Of a DNA stretch of 64,000 bases, positions 1-14,215 are shown piece by piece (position 1 is the first letter of the stretch; every line of letters begins with the position of its first letter). The DNA comes from Octopus sinensis. Lineage: Eukaryota. The stretch lies in the NCBI RefSeq assembly GCF_006345805.1, contig NC_043008.1:868001-932000 (forward strand). Direction: 5' to 3'. The notes under the pieces were generated by a model. That model had not been told where the DNA came from and searched no databases. It saw nothing but the letters and a program-made list of their open reading frames with translations. A program made the position numbers and the translations under genes.

Positions 1-239
1 GTTCGGCCAGCAAATTTACAGCTAAATCTTCTTCAGATACTATATAATATCTTAAAAATGGTCTAATACTGAATATCAGCCGATATCGGACACAAGCCAG
101 AATAGCAGTCGAAAGACTAAATTTCGATACACAAAAAATGTTTTCGCAGCACATAAAGATATCATAGAAAGATAGAAGTGAAATATCATCACTTAACGAA
201 CCCTAATACCTGTCCAAAAGTAAGATTTCTTTAGCTGGT

Positions 240-2230
240 TTTCAAAACTCAGCAAACATTTACTGACGATTTAGAAATACAGATTTGTCTAACTTATGCA
301 ATAAGGAAAAGAACACCGGCGAATCAAAATATTGAATGCTGTTTACGTCATCACAGACTTCGACAGACATCAGGAAAATATACACGCCTCTGGCTCACAA
401 ATATACACACATGCACTAATATAAAGAAAATGAGCAAACATTACATTAGAAAGTCTAGAAATTCTTTAATACATCAGGAAACGTATTAAAAACACCTTCA
501 GATAATTAAAAATATCGCACCCAATCTCTTCAGCAATAATGAAACATTCTTAAAACCACCACCAAAATACTTTCCATTATAAATCGCATCGTGTTTTGAC
601 TAAACAGAGGCTTCCATGAGCGAGATAGTGTTATAATGACATATTAAATCTTCTATCCAATATATAAATATCACAACTAGTATACACGAAAAGAAAATGT
701 ACGGATTAATACCAGATTCAAGATATAAATCAGTAAAATTCAGTACTTCAGGATAATGAGCTTTTGCATATCTCTACTGAGCGCACATAACTCCCCACAC
801 CGGGTTACCTAACGGAATCTCCACACTTTGATAATCACACAAACACCTTGAGGGCGTTGGTTCATCGTAATTGAACATAATCTACTTTAAAAATGATCCG
901 TACTGTAGCACGAGTCATACACACCACCAAGCCAAATGTAAGATAAACAAAAAGCACAAAGTACTTACTGTGAAATCACATTTTGCTTCACACGTCGAAG
1001 TACAAAAACAATTTGAAAAGTATTTTCTCAACTTTTCTCGGATCAGCATACTCGCATATGGATATAGAAAGCAAAAAAAGGAAACAAAAATTGATAAAGC
1101 GATATGGAACGCGTTTTAAACAATAAATACAATCAAAGTTTTTAAAAATAGAACAACAATCCAATCAACATCAGAGATACAACAATAAATAAATAGATGT
1201 AATGCAATTACAGATGCATCGAAAACCCACGCGCATATTATGGAAGGGGACGTAGGAAGGAAATGTGAGCTCATGGAAATAAACTGAACGTAGAAGTCTT
1301 AAACACGATACGTCAAAACGACGCCACACAAAATAAAACTCCGTTCCAAACGATTAAATAAGAAGGAAATAGATGAAATAACAGACGAATGACTTTCCTA
1401 TCCATACCCTAAAATATACTATGATATCTAATACTTCATATTGCTAAGCCAGACAATCCCTTTCCCCCCAAAATATGGGATTCAAATAATTACATTCATC
1501 CACACCGTTACACAGAAACCTCAGTGAAAACGTCATGGCTTCAAGAGCTGAGAAACCTACCGTTCAAAGGTTGCGACTCTGCTCGCTGCTATCAACATAT
1601 CGAAAGAAAAAGAACGAAAAACAAAAAGCTTAGAAAATTTATCTACCATTTTATGAAATTTCGTTAGGGTTACGTTAGATAGCAGACAATTTCCATGCCG
1701 GCAAATGCGTAATGTAACACAACACTTCCTAAAGCCGCAATTTACCGACATGTCATATCGTCTTGTGATTTCAACCTTTATCTATTTGAATTATCCAAAC
1801 GTCTATATAACCTTATGTAGATGTTTTTTGTCTCACATCATCCTAAATCATTCAAAATACCGCTGCACATCTACTCCGACCATATATAAAATCACAAGTC
1901 TAAGAATACTACGCTAGACTTGCTGTAACACCTTCAATTTTCTTGCAAAACGAGAGAAACACCAAACGAATGAAACAACATTAATTAACAACAGAATCAT
2001 CCTAGACACAAAGGCGTCAATAATGTTACAACTTTACATTCATCTCCTTGCAGCACTTACAATATTCATAATAATTTACAAAGACGCATGAAAAGAAAAA
2101 AAGTATAGTAATGCACCAAATCGTACTAAAAACATTTGGCCAACACACAAGATAAAACTATTTGTACAAACAATACTTTGCATCCATCCTGGTCTATACA
2201 AATTTCGCCTCACTATACAATCTGTCTAAT
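240..2230 (+). pseudogene. Highly eroded LINE ORF2-like remnant (possibly L1/Tx1 superfamily)
   Basis: A/C-rich, non-microsatellite stretch. Frame +1 reads with scattered stops and shows faint, correctly ordered echoes of RT motifs: YTRLWLTN..IKKMSK (~380), IHQE (~470), CFD (~595), GLPNG (~805), CKIN (~940), ILAY (~1045), W (~1105), PPKYGI (~1470). Similarity is weak. Confidence 0.35.
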
Positions 2231-2409
2231 CGTAAACATCGTACTATGTACATTATTTGCATTATTTACATTCGACGTACTGTGTCACCTCATATGTTAT
2301 GTGGAATACATCGACAGTGCACACATGACAAGGAAATAACAGAAATAAAATAGAGACGATCCGGACATGCGAGAGAGATAGTTTGCTATCGCACCATGTT
2401 TCAAGCCCC

Positions 2410-3513
2410 ATTGTTCCCCTTTCTAAACAACCAGGCCATGTACAGCGCCTGAGGACATCATGTAACCACTAACTCTACCACTCAATCTGGGTGTGCAAAA
2501 AGGACCGCTTAAATCACTATTAATAAGTGGCAGCAAAGGAGCAACTGTCGTACTCCGGTCGAGAAGACATTTTGCGCTTCCGATGTGGCCACAATTCAAG
2601 CTTGAAGGCAGAGAGAGCAGGCGATGCAATAGATGATATTGGTAGAAGAGCAGGTGAAGGAGTCGGTGATGTGATAGGATCGATGATGAGTGCCGGAGAG
2701 GAGGGTGGTGTTGGAAAGGTAAGGGAAAGTGCGTCAGCATGGACGGGAGCAGGGGATCGAGCCGGGTTGGGAGGTTCGGTTAGGGAAGAAGCTGTGGACA
2801 AAGAAGTCTCGTAGGTTGTGGGCTCGTTTGAAAGAAAGGAGGGGTCGGTTAGGGAAGATGTGCGAAGTGGAGGGGTCGCACTGGAGTCGCCGGAAGGCTC
2901 GGAGAATGGTGCGTTGGAGAGGTAGGATAGTGGGGTGGTAGATGAGGGTAAATGGAAGGCGGGAAACGGCGGGGTGGGTTCGGGGCGAGAGAACAAATGC
3001 ACGGTCCATGGAACGTGCTCTGGCAAGGGCGGTGTGGGTAGTGGTGAGGGGATATCCACGTAGGATGAAGTGGCGAGCCATGAGTTCAGACTAAGCCTCA
3101 CAGTTATGGTCGACACTATAGAGCCTGTGTAGAAGGAGGAATTGAGAACAGAGGATGAAAATCTTGGTGTGTATAGGGTGGGAGGAAGAGAAATTGAGGT
3201 ATGACTGTGAGTCTGGGTTTTTGTAGTGGATGGAGGTAGGTGGTGAGAGGGGCGTGAAAAATGCTGAACGAAACGTCAAGAAAGGAATCTGAGGTATCAG
3301 AGATAGTGCAGGAGAAGTGGAGGACAGGATGGAAAGATTTGACAGAAAAGATGAAGGAATCTAGATGTTCGCGGGAGAGTGAGATCGCACCGGTACAGTC
3401 GTCAATATAACGGCCGTGTAGTTTTGGAGTGGGACCAGTGAATATTTGGGCCTCAATGTAGACAACGATCAGGTTTGCATAGTTGGGCCCCTTTCTCGTT
3501 CCCATGGCCACTC

Positions 3514-3520
<7 letters not shown>
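2410..3520 (-). mobile_element. Penelope-like element, 5'-truncated and frameshifted (RT C-terminal half plus GIY-YIG endonuclease)
   Basis: Minus-strand translations give GVAMGT..GPNYANL, GRYIDD, FLDV, HYKNPDSQSYLNFSSSHP, HFILRGYP, LPFTLIYHP, PLLSFKRAHNLRD and the GIY-like TNIIYCIAC (~2620-2645). The truncation point is the (AT)n at 3520. Confidence 0.9.
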
Positions 3521-3549
<29 letters not shown>

Positions 3550-4223
3550 ATGGGCTTAATTAAATAGTGAGGGCAGGCTCCTGGCTTACCATCCTCTTCC
3601 CTCGAAAACCCAGATCTTTGAGACGATTTCTAGGAGTCGAGTTTGGGCCCAGCTTGCACCAATGGCAGAGGCCTGCACCCATATCTAAATAAAACACGTT
3701 ACTCTCTGATCCAAAAAGCTTTGTCAGTGAGACATTGTGTGAGCGTCTGTGCGAGTGTGTGTGTGCGAGTGTGTGTGAGTGAGTGATTGTGCGTGTGTGA
3801 TGTGTTTGTTCGTTCTTCTTTTGACGTCATAATTACTACAGTTATGGCAGTGAATATTAATTGGTTGTCTTGTAATTATTGTACTTGTAAATGTTATTGT
3901 TACCAGTAATTATGTTTTCACTTTTCTATCCATTTTGATAAAAACAGCGTTGATGTTGTTCTTGTTGGTATCGTTGTCAATGTTATTGGCGTTGTCATTG
4001 TTTATTGTCATTGTCAATGTTTATTGATATTTTGCTATCATGATTTACCGTGTTCGAGTAGATTCGTTGGTTTATTCCCCCCCCCCCACCGCCACTTTTC
4101 TCTTCTATATTTTATGTACCTGTGAAAATTCCTTTATTCGGTTCTGCTCAAAGATAAACATTAAAAGTCACGTGATATTTCTTATTCATTCGTCGTTTAT
4201 CGTTTTCCTCCTCCTCACTGTTA

Positions 4224-4224
4224 A

Positions 4225-4255
<31 letters not shown>

Positions 4256-4301
4256 CATATATATATAAATATATGTATGTATGTACGTATGTATGTGAGT
4301 G

Positions 4302-4332
<31 letters not shown>

Positions 4333-4487
4333 GCATATATATGTATGTATATATACACACATATATATACATATATATGCATATATATATGTATGTGAGT
4401 GTGTTTTTATATATATATATATATACATATATATACATATATATATATATACACACACACATATATATCTGCATACATATATGTATT

Positions 4488-4527
<40 letters not shown>

Positions 4528-4740
4528 TATATATACATATACATACATGTATATATGTATATACATATGTGTATGTATACATACATATATATATATACAT
4601 ATATATATGTGTGTGTGTGTGTGTTTATATATGTATATACAAGTATATATATATACATACATATATTTATATATATATAAATATATGTGTGTGTATGTGT
4701 GTGTGAGTGTGTGTCTGTATCTGTACATGTAGTTGTGTGT
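4224..4740. repeat. Compound (AT)n/(AC)n/(ACAT)n microsatellite field
   Basis: Directly visible; similar fields recur across the window (e.g. 5125-5490, 12950-13325, 32570-33230, 43250-44600, 45310-45510, 54395-55340). Confidence 0.95.
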
Positions 4741-5122
4741 GTATAATACTGTTTAGAAGATATTTCTTTCTTTTGTGTTTCACACTCACTAACAACAATA
4801 TTTCTCTTCATCTGATATTTTTAACGAGCTAAACAACTATGTGTTATTATATTTCATTTAAACCATTCTTTACAAATATAGACGCGCAAATACACATACA
4901 CACCACACTTTGGTTTTGATGGGTTTTTTTTATTCTGCTTTGATTTTGTTGGTATTTTTCTTTCTTATTCTTGATATTATTTTTCTGCATTTTAACTGTC
5001 TCATTGTTATGAGATAAAACACGTACCGCAGTACATAATTCGAAATTCTGCTCCCCACCCTCTTCCCTTACACACATATCTGCACATATTCCAGTACATA
5101 GGCACAGATACCCCACTGAAGA

Positions 5123-5209
<87 letters not shown>

Positions 5210-5225
5210 ATATATACATAAATAT

Positions 5226-5261
<36 letters not shown>

Positions 5262-5290
5262 TATATATATATATATACATAAATATATAT

Positions 5291-5329
<39 letters not shown>

Positions 5330-5453
5330 ATATATATACTCACACATAATATATATATATACACAATGCATATAAATGCATACAATGCATACATATATTT
5401 ATATATACATGTATATATACATAGAGATACATATATATATATACGTACCCCCC

Positions 5454-5492
<39 letters not shown>

Positions 5493-5499
5493 TAAGATA

Positions 5500-6940
5500 A
5501 GGCCACTACGTGGTAAAAACGGCTCACTAACTGCAGACCCGGGGAAGATAAGTGAAACACTATATAAATAATTCCGATTTATTTTCACTTCTCCACTGGA
5601 AAATATGTAAATAAACAAGCCTGGGGAGTTTCTCAATGTCACAAATTCTTTTCGGAAAATAAGCAACCATCCATTACATCAACATCAGAGAAGAGGATGT
5701 AATATCGGCAATTGATAAGATGAGATCAATCTCAGTAGTAGCCCCAGACAGACGCCAGGCTATTCCCTTAAAAAATGGCTCTTGCAAAGACAATGGAGAT
5801 ACTCTTTCAGAGTTTCTTCGCATATGGTAAATTTCCCGACGTGATAAAATCCACGGGGATAGCATTTTATTACTCTGTGATCTAAGGCAATATAATTCTA
5901 CCTTGGAGTGATTCTATTCCTTATTTTACCTTTTAATATTTTACTGACTCGCAGAAGGGTTATATTTTTGACTCACCCAGGGAATAAAATGGGAGTTCCA
6001 AACTAACTAGTTTACTTCATTTAATAAATAATCTTAATGACCTCGATGGGATGGGATTTAAATGAGATCGCAGGGAGCCCGAAGAAGTAAGCGAAGTATG
6101 TTTTCCGACACTCTAATCATTCTGCCAGTTGAGAGAAGACAAAATGACCCTTGATCAAATGTCATCCCCATCCTATTACACAATTCTATTATGTAGTTAC
6201 TTAAGTGAAATTCGAAAGCTCATTAAACATCCTAATTAAAGGAATGCACCCAAAATCCAAATCATTAAACAAATGCATCGAAAATCTAAGCGCAAATAAA
6301 TAAGATCATCAAGTGTAATCTTTCAGGTAATATGATTGCATTTTAGGAATGTATAAATATATACTCCATGCTAGTGGGAAGTAGGCATTTCAGTATGGCA
6401 CAAACACCGTAAGTTTATCAATAAGAATAGGACAAAGGGCAGGTACAGATGTTTATATCATGTACGCTTTCAAATTTTCTACAATAGTCATTGGATTAGA
6501 AACTATGTGCGAATGCCATAGAAATTATGGTGTATCTCAACATGAGATTATAATAAGAAAAATTAAATCAACATGACGCTTGAACCACACCGACATCAGA
6601 AGATTGTATTGAATTGGACAATAACGAGCAATCTGAAAACCTGGACTGTCAGTACATACAATCTAGTAACAGAATTAAATAATTATTCTTGCCCTGCAAA
6701 TCAGGAAACTTAAAACTAGAAGAATTTTTAACATTCCCAACAGCATGGAGTATTGTCAAATGCAAACGTCACATCACGCTTCAACTTAAGATATTTGTGC
6801 AGCTTCTGCATTTCAGAGAAGTATCATATCTTAAGGCCGGCTGATAATATCGTAACCAAAAGAAGTAAGACAAGCTCTATAGCTTTAATAACTAAAACTA
6901 TGTATGACAAGGAAAATGAAAAACAGATAGCTTAAAAAGA
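5500..6940 (+). mobile_element. Degraded CR1-like LINE ORF2 fragment
   Basis: ~5685-5830 reads IREEDVISAIDKMRSISVVAPD..AIPL and LAKTMEILFQSF..YGKFPDVIK, matching the pre-RT region of CR1/Jockey-group LINEs. The 3' boundary is uncertain. Confidence 0.55.
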
Positions 6941-7299
6941 TGTTCTATCACCATTAATATTTACAGTCGAGGACAATATTTTCTTCGCCTCAAACATAGA
7001 CAAATGTGCATTATGGGCAATGTAACTTAGTTTTATTCGCCACTAGCACATCACTTCAATGAATTAGAAATTTCTCTCAGATTCAGCTGACACATAATAT
7101 GGCCTGGTATCATCTAATTTCGGTACAGCCCTATGCATTTATTCTCGTGTCAAGTTTGAAAATAAACGGGAATCTCTCAACAGAGAGCGATAGACACGGT
7201 GAATCACACCAACTCTGTACATAATGTGTATGTAAGAACGCATGTACGTATATATCTATGTATATATGACTGTCCCCCTCCTTTCTCACTGTCTTTGTC

Positions 7300-7357
<58 letters not shown>

Positions 7358-7527
7358 CACACACACGCATAAATACTCTACTAAAATATATTCACTAATC
7401 TTCAGTTTAGTGCTAAACAGTTTTTATATATAAATCAACATAAAGAGAAGTATTGATATACATACAAACTAAACATTCACACACAGACACACAGACACAC
7501 AACACATGTAATGTATATGTATATGTA

Positions 7528-7528
<1 letters not shown>

Positions 7529-7585
<57 letters not shown>
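7529..7585. repeat. (CTAT)n microsatellite, no Tx1 insertion
   Basis: Direct reading; no Tx1 sequence at either edge. Confidence 0.95.
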
Positions 7586-7586
<1 letters not shown>

Positions 7587-7587
7587 A

Positions 7588-7636
<49 letters not shown>

Positions 7637-8430
7637 GCTGTGAGTGTGTCTGAGTATGTATGTGTGTATGTATAAGTATATTATATATATTACATATATA
7701 TACTTATACATACACACATACATGCTCAGACACACTCACAGCCACACACACATATATATATAGCTATACATACACATATACGTACTCATACACACACACA
7801 CACACATACACACACGTACACGCACACACATATATTAATATGTGTATAAAACACGTGTGGTAGCGTAAGTCATATGTTTACACGTGTTATGTATTTGTTT
7901 AGTCGTTATAAAATGTAGTCAGCCAACAGCAGTCGACTGTAGTGGTCAGCTATCAAACAGGAATGCTACGAAGATATCATAAGTATTGACATAGTAGATA
8001 TTGCAACGTGTTTGAATATGTCTAAAATTTGCTATGTAGATTTTGGAAATATTATATATAACATGGGTAGAATAGAGCGTAATAATCCATAAAATATATC
8101 TAGCGGTGTCTGTCTGTATAGTGATGCAGCGAGATTAAGAGATTTTGAAACTTTCAATGGTGATTAAAGTCAGGATTTATTCCTCTCCGTGTCTGTTTGC
8201 GTATGGATGATTGTGTTAGTGTGTGTGTGTGTTGAAGTGTGTATGTGTGTGTGGATGTGTTGAAGTGTGTATGTGTGTGTGAGTATATATGAGTATTTCT
8301 GTATAAGCGTGCATGAGTGTGATAGCGCGAGTGTGGGGTTTAGATGGTCGTGCGATAATATATTGACATTTTAAACAATATTGAAATAATCTCGCCGCAA
8401 GACGAGGAAAGATTTTCAGATTAGAACTCT

Positions 8431-8432
<2 letters not shown>

Positions 8433-8524
<92 letters not shown>
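8433..8524. repeat. (CA)n microsatellite
   Basis: Direct reading. Confidence 0.95.
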
Positions 8525-8529
<5 letters not shown>

Positions 8530-9141
8530 AAAACACAAACACACAGACACAGACACGCACAGGCACATCATCACAGAGCACTTATATACTTGTGGTTTGA
8601 AATGTAACGAACAAAAGTACTCACAACATGACATAGAGTATAGAGTGCAGATATATGAATTCGGCTGCCATTGATTTCTGATTTGGTTCCTACGTCGTTC
8701 GGGAAACAGCTCAATTGATTCTACTGAAACGTCCGTTTGTCCATGCTAGCGTTCGGGGTTCACTATTTCCCGAGATAAAATACATCACACTCTCATAAGG
8801 GGTGGTAGTACTCCAGTACACACATACTAGTAGGTGTAGGTGTATTAAAGACGCGTACCGAAAAGACAAAACATTTCTAAGGCAGCCCATTCGTTTAGAT
8901 TCGGGAATATTTGCAGGGAGGTATACCTTTAGATATATATTTGGTCCTTGAAAGACTCACAGGAAAACAATTTTGCGATAAAATGATGTATTAAAACAAA
9001 AAGAATAAAATGAAGCGCATATTGCTGTTACGACAGCTATTTTCAGCAGTGTGTGACATAGAAACTATTCTTATGCGATCTAATCAGTATCTTGAATATA
9101 AGAGCTTAAATCTTAATATCTATGCTTCTTTGCTAAGTATT

Positions 9142-9155
9142 TAATAATAATAATG

Positions 9156-9220
<65 letters not shown>
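9142..9220. repeat. (AAT)n microsatellite
   Basis: Direct reading. Confidence 0.95.
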
Positions 9221-9221
<1 letters not shown>

Positions 9222-9244
9222 TCCTTTCTCCTATAGGTACAATG

Positions 9245-9597
9245 CAAAAAACGGATTAAGAAATACCAGCCACTTCTGGACTTCTGGACGAGATAGGAAA
9301 ATTATATGGCATGAGGAAAGTAATGGTGAAACCGGTGGTAATTGGAGCATTAGGAGCAGTTTCCAAGAGCTTTTGAAAGACATATTAAGGATACTGGAGC
9401 AGCTGTAAGGCCCGAAGTAATCCGGAAGACAGTATTGTTGGGTACAGCTCGCATTCTAAGGAGAGTATTGTCTCTGAGTCACAGGAGAATGCACTACTTG
9501 AAACCTTTGGTGATTTGTTATTGACTGCTTTCCAGTAAAGAATAACCGGTAATTAAGAACTATCCAAGAGTCTTCCAGAATAACAACAATATTAATT
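9245..9597 (+). mobile_element. 3' end of an RLE-endonuclease LINE (R4/Dong/HERO-like), 5'-truncated
   Basis: Reads KRIKKYQPLL / LDEIGKLYGMRKVMVKPVVIGALGAVSK / VIRKTVLLGTARILRRVL across two frameshifts, a typical RLE C-terminus. Followed by a short UTR and an AAT/AAC-like tail. Confidence 0.75.
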
Positions 9598-9599
9598 CA

Positions 9600-10447
9600 T
9601 CCTCTTATAGGTACAATGCCTGAACTTTTCTGGGAGCGGGTTAGTAGGAGAGAGGGATATTAACTGGTACTTATTTCATCGACCCAGAAAGGATGAAAGG
9701 CAAAATCGACCACGGCGGAATTTGAACTCAGAGTATAGTGACGGGCGAAAAAACGGTAAGCATTTCACCTAGCGTTTCACTCTGTCACATCAACAACAAG
9801 AACAAGAACAACAGCAAGAGTAATGATAATACTTCCTACTATAGGAACAATGCTTGAAATTTGAAGGTGGATGTGCTTATCGATTTAATCGACCCCCCCC
9901 CAGTACTTCAGTGGTAATCATTTTATCGTCTCCTAAATGATGAAAAGCAAAGTCGACCATTTTAAAATTTGAAATCAGAACATAAAGGTAAACGAAATGC
10001 AGTTAAGTACTTTGTCCGGCGACGTGCTAACAGTTCTCCAGCTCGGTGCCTTAATAATAATTATTTCTTTATTGCCCACAGGGCGTTAAACATAGAGGGG
10101 ACAAACAAAGACAGACAAAGGGATTAAGTCGATTACATCAACTCCACTGATTAACTGGTATTTATTTAATCGACCTCGAAAGGATGAAAGGCAAAGTTGA
10201 CCTCGGCGGAATTTGAACTCAGAACACGAAGACAGACGAAATGCTAAGGGGCATTTCGTTCGGCCTGAAATCTGAGGGACAGGGGCTAGTCGATTACATC
10301 GACCCTCAACTGATACTTATTTTATCGACCCTTAAGGATGAATAAGTAAAGTCTGCCTCGTAGGAATTTGAACTCCGAACGTAAAGACGGACGGAAAACC
10401 TCCAAGCATGTTGTCCAAGATACTTACGATTCTGTCAGTCGCCGCTA
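9600..10447 (-). mobile_element. Cluster of about four tandem tRNA-derived SINEs (family 1)
   Basis: Repeated + strand motif ATCGACCCxGAAAGGATGAAAGGCAAAGTCGACCTCGGCGGAATTTGAACTCAG, the reverse complement of the B-box/core seen in the full copy at 23154. Confidence 0.85.
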
Positions 10448-10766
10448 ATTTCCATTCCCGATAAGTAATACAATTATTCTTGCGTATTGTTAGTTTATTC
10501 ATTAATTACTTTTGCTAATTTTTGATATAAGAATTTCATGACGCTTCTCATATAAAGGTCTCACATGATAAGATTCAACCAATGAATTCACGATGCCGTA
10601 ACACCATTTTGGAAAGTAGAACATTTCATTACATTACAACAAGCTGCTGTCTGAAGCCTGAGTATAAACGTCAAAGCTAAGTAACGCTATAGAGCTACAT
10701 ACCTTTGAGAATATAATCCTGTTTCGCTCAATAGCAATTCAATGAAGAAGCAGTATATATATCCTC

Positions 10767-10767
<1 letters not shown>

Positions 10768-10841
<74 letters not shown>
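10768..10841. repeat. (CTAT)n microsatellite, no Tx1 insertion
   Basis: Direct reading. Confidence 0.95.
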
Positions 10842-10842
<1 letters not shown>

Positions 10843-11607
10843 CGTGCACACGCATACACACATATTCACATATAGCTAGCTAGTTAGCTAGATGGATAGA
10901 TAGAAGTATTGATATACATGTGTCGGTGAATATATATCAATACACAAAAACAGCAACACACGGACATATGTTTGTTTTTATATAAGAAAATATTTGCGTT
11001 ATATTTTCTATTTACTTATTTTATATGCTTTAACCATAGACTTGTGAATCAGATGGCAAGGTTGCGTTAGTGTTTGTATGTATGCATACATACATAATGC
11101 ATGTAAAACCATCCATCTGTTCACACACACACACACACGGTCACATACAAACATCGGTAGATACATAGATGATTCTGTGAATTATATTGGCAATGAATAT
11201 ACTACTAGAAAAATATGAACATATATAAAAGAATAATAGAATATATGTTTAAAATAAACATTATCATATATAAAAGATCAAGAAGAAAACATTTAAAATA
11301 AAAGCGATAAGGAAAGTAAAGTAAATAAGACTCGGAATCTAAGCGTTAGATACGTGTCCGCGCATCTTTTGTGCATATTTTGATAGGAACGTAAATTTAT
11401 ACAAGCAATGGTTGTCACGTTGAATTTAAATGTGAATCTACTTCATAGATCTACAACACATAATGTTAATATGAAATATTTTCTTATTCTGATTCCGTGT
11501 ATTCTCTAAGTTAGTTACGCATCTAATGGAATGCATATGGGGGAAGAAGATAAATAGAATGAATAAATAACATATAGAATAAATGAATATATATATATGT
11601 GTATGTA

Positions 11608-11688
<81 letters not shown>

Positions 11689-12034
11689 AGAATATATATA
11701 TATATATAAAAACGAAATAAAACTCATGAACCTTTCACTTATAGAAAGCGATACCAAATCATCTTAGACATATTCTTCTAAGAAGAATCTCTTCTGTTAA
11801 ATGGTAAAATTTAAGCGTGTTGACAAGATTATGAAAACACCTTTCAGGAAATTCTTCGATTGAAGGGATTTGATTGTACAGAAATGTCAAAATGGATTAG
11901 ATTATGAAGTATTATGAAACGTTCAACACACACATACAGGCACATATGCATGTGTTGATACATAAATGCATACATGCATATACACATACGTACATACATA
12001 CATACATACATACATACATACATACATACATACA

Positions 12035-12065
<31 letters not shown>

Positions 12066-12267
12066 GTCTGTATGTATGTCTATACTCACACAGACATACA
12101 CACACTCAGGCTTAGCCTGCAGCCACCAAATACACGCACTTGCACACACATGCTTATATGCATAATGTATAGTTACATAAATGCTCTTTCTCCCCTTTCT
12201 CTCCTTCTCCCTCCCTCTCTCTCTCTCTCTATATATATATATCTATATTTGTCTTTGCGTGTGTGTG

Positions 12268-12348
<81 letters not shown>

Positions 12349-12946
12349 TATATGTATATATATATATATGTGTGTATGTGTATGCGTTTGAATGTGTGCT
12401 TGTGTATGCAAGTAAGGGTGTGTGTGTCTGTGTGTGTAGATACTGCTACGCACACCTATGCAAGGAAAGGGTGAACAAGGAAACTATTAAGAAGAGAAAT
12501 CTTTCTGGTTTCAGCCAGCAACACATGGAAAGAAGAAAAAAAACCGAAAGCATATTTTACCGTATGACGTCAATAAATATATGTCTGTTACAACTACGAA
12601 ATGTCTGAAGGTATAAAGATAGGAACGGGGAAAATTAATCGACCTCGCATGCATTTCCACCTTTTGCTGGATAATCTCTCCATATCTAACAACAGAATGG
12701 GAAAACAATAATAAAAACAAGCAGAAATACACATTATTTAGCGCTGTGTTCTTTCATCAGTGTATTTACTGTGTTGGATGCTTGATAAGAGTGTGACTAG
12801 AAAAAAATTTGCTGGAAAAGAAACGGGGTTTTATAAACGCAATCCGCTATCTTAACACATTCTCTAAGTCATAAGTGAAGTTATGTATGGCCTACAATCC
12901 TTCACCTTATAGATTTATTCCCACTCTCTCCCCCCCTCTCTCTCTC

Positions 12947-12994
<48 letters not shown>

Positions 12995-13067
12995 ATATAC
13001 ATATATGTGTGTATCTCTCTTTCTACACACACACTTACACACATATATACATATGACTACATATACA

Positions 13068-13105
<38 letters not shown>

Positions 13106-13614
13106 TGCATATGTATACGTATGTACATATGTGTGTGAGAGCGTGTGTGTGTATAGAGAGAGAGGTACACACTATTATATTTATATACATATATATATGT
13201 ATATATATATAAATATATATACATATATATTTGCATATATATATATATATATATGCATATATACATATGCATACATATATACGTATATATTTACATATAT
13301 ATGTATGTGTATATATATATATGTATAAATGAATGTATCATTATATATTAGATAGAACTACGTGTGCTTGGGCGTGTCTGTGTCTGTTTGTTTGTGAAAT
13401 ATTTATACGATACGCATCGTACTTATTGTCCTTACATATATTTGTTTCTTTGTAGTTCTATTTGGAATTTACATTGAGCGTATATATTAATATTGCGCCA
13501 TCTTACAAACACTGTCCGTACATTTTGTGTGATTACGCTAACGTTATTAGGCAACAAAATGTCGTAATTTCTGTGATTATTAAACGAATAAAAGGCAGCA
13601 GGATCCGAACAAAA

Positions 13615-14215
13615 TGTTTAACCGCATTTCCTCCGGCTTTACGTTCTCACTTAAAATTGCATCTTGGTTAACTTTAGCCTCTCATCCCTCCAAGATCGAT
13701 AAAATAAGTACCAGTCATGCACTGGGGGTTGATATAAATGCCTGTTATCCACCCCGAAGTTTCAGACCTATCTCCTATTGTAGAAAGTTTTACTAAATGG
13801 ATGAAAATAAAAGCGAGTTGGCAGAATTGTTAGCAAGCCGGAGAAAATACTTATCGGCATTCCTTTGATCTTTATGTTCTGAGTTCAAATTCTAGCGACG
13901 TCGACAAAATAAGCACCAATCTCTCATTGTCAATGAAATCGACTAGTTCGCTTACCAGACGTTTCAGGCCTTGTGTCTATCGTAGAAAAACTTATTACAT
14001 AAAAGTCGTCGAGCTGGCAGAACCGTTAGCGCATCGGAAAAATTCATACTTGCATGTCTCATGGCTGTGTACTTTCCGGGTTCAAATTTTGCATGGGGTC
14101 GAGAGTTCCTTTCATCGCCCATAAACTAAAGTAGTAATCAAGTACTAGTGCAGAAACTATTGACCAGCGCCCTTCCTTTAGATATTAGACCTCGTGCCTA
14201 TACTGGAAAATTCAT
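13615..14215 (+). mobile_element. Three degraded family-1 SINE copies
   Basis: Heads GCGAGTTGGCAGAATTGTTAG (~13813) and GAGCTGGCAGAACCGTTAG (~14031), GTTCAAATT B-box-like motifs, and core GATCGATAAAATAAGTACCAGT. Confidence 0.75.

Noticed and set aside
4040-4811. Long ORFs rich in YI/HT/CV (also near 11900, 32600, 33680, 43200 and 55000)
   Set aside because: They are translations of (AT)n, (AC)n, (ACAT)n and (CTAT)n microsatellites.
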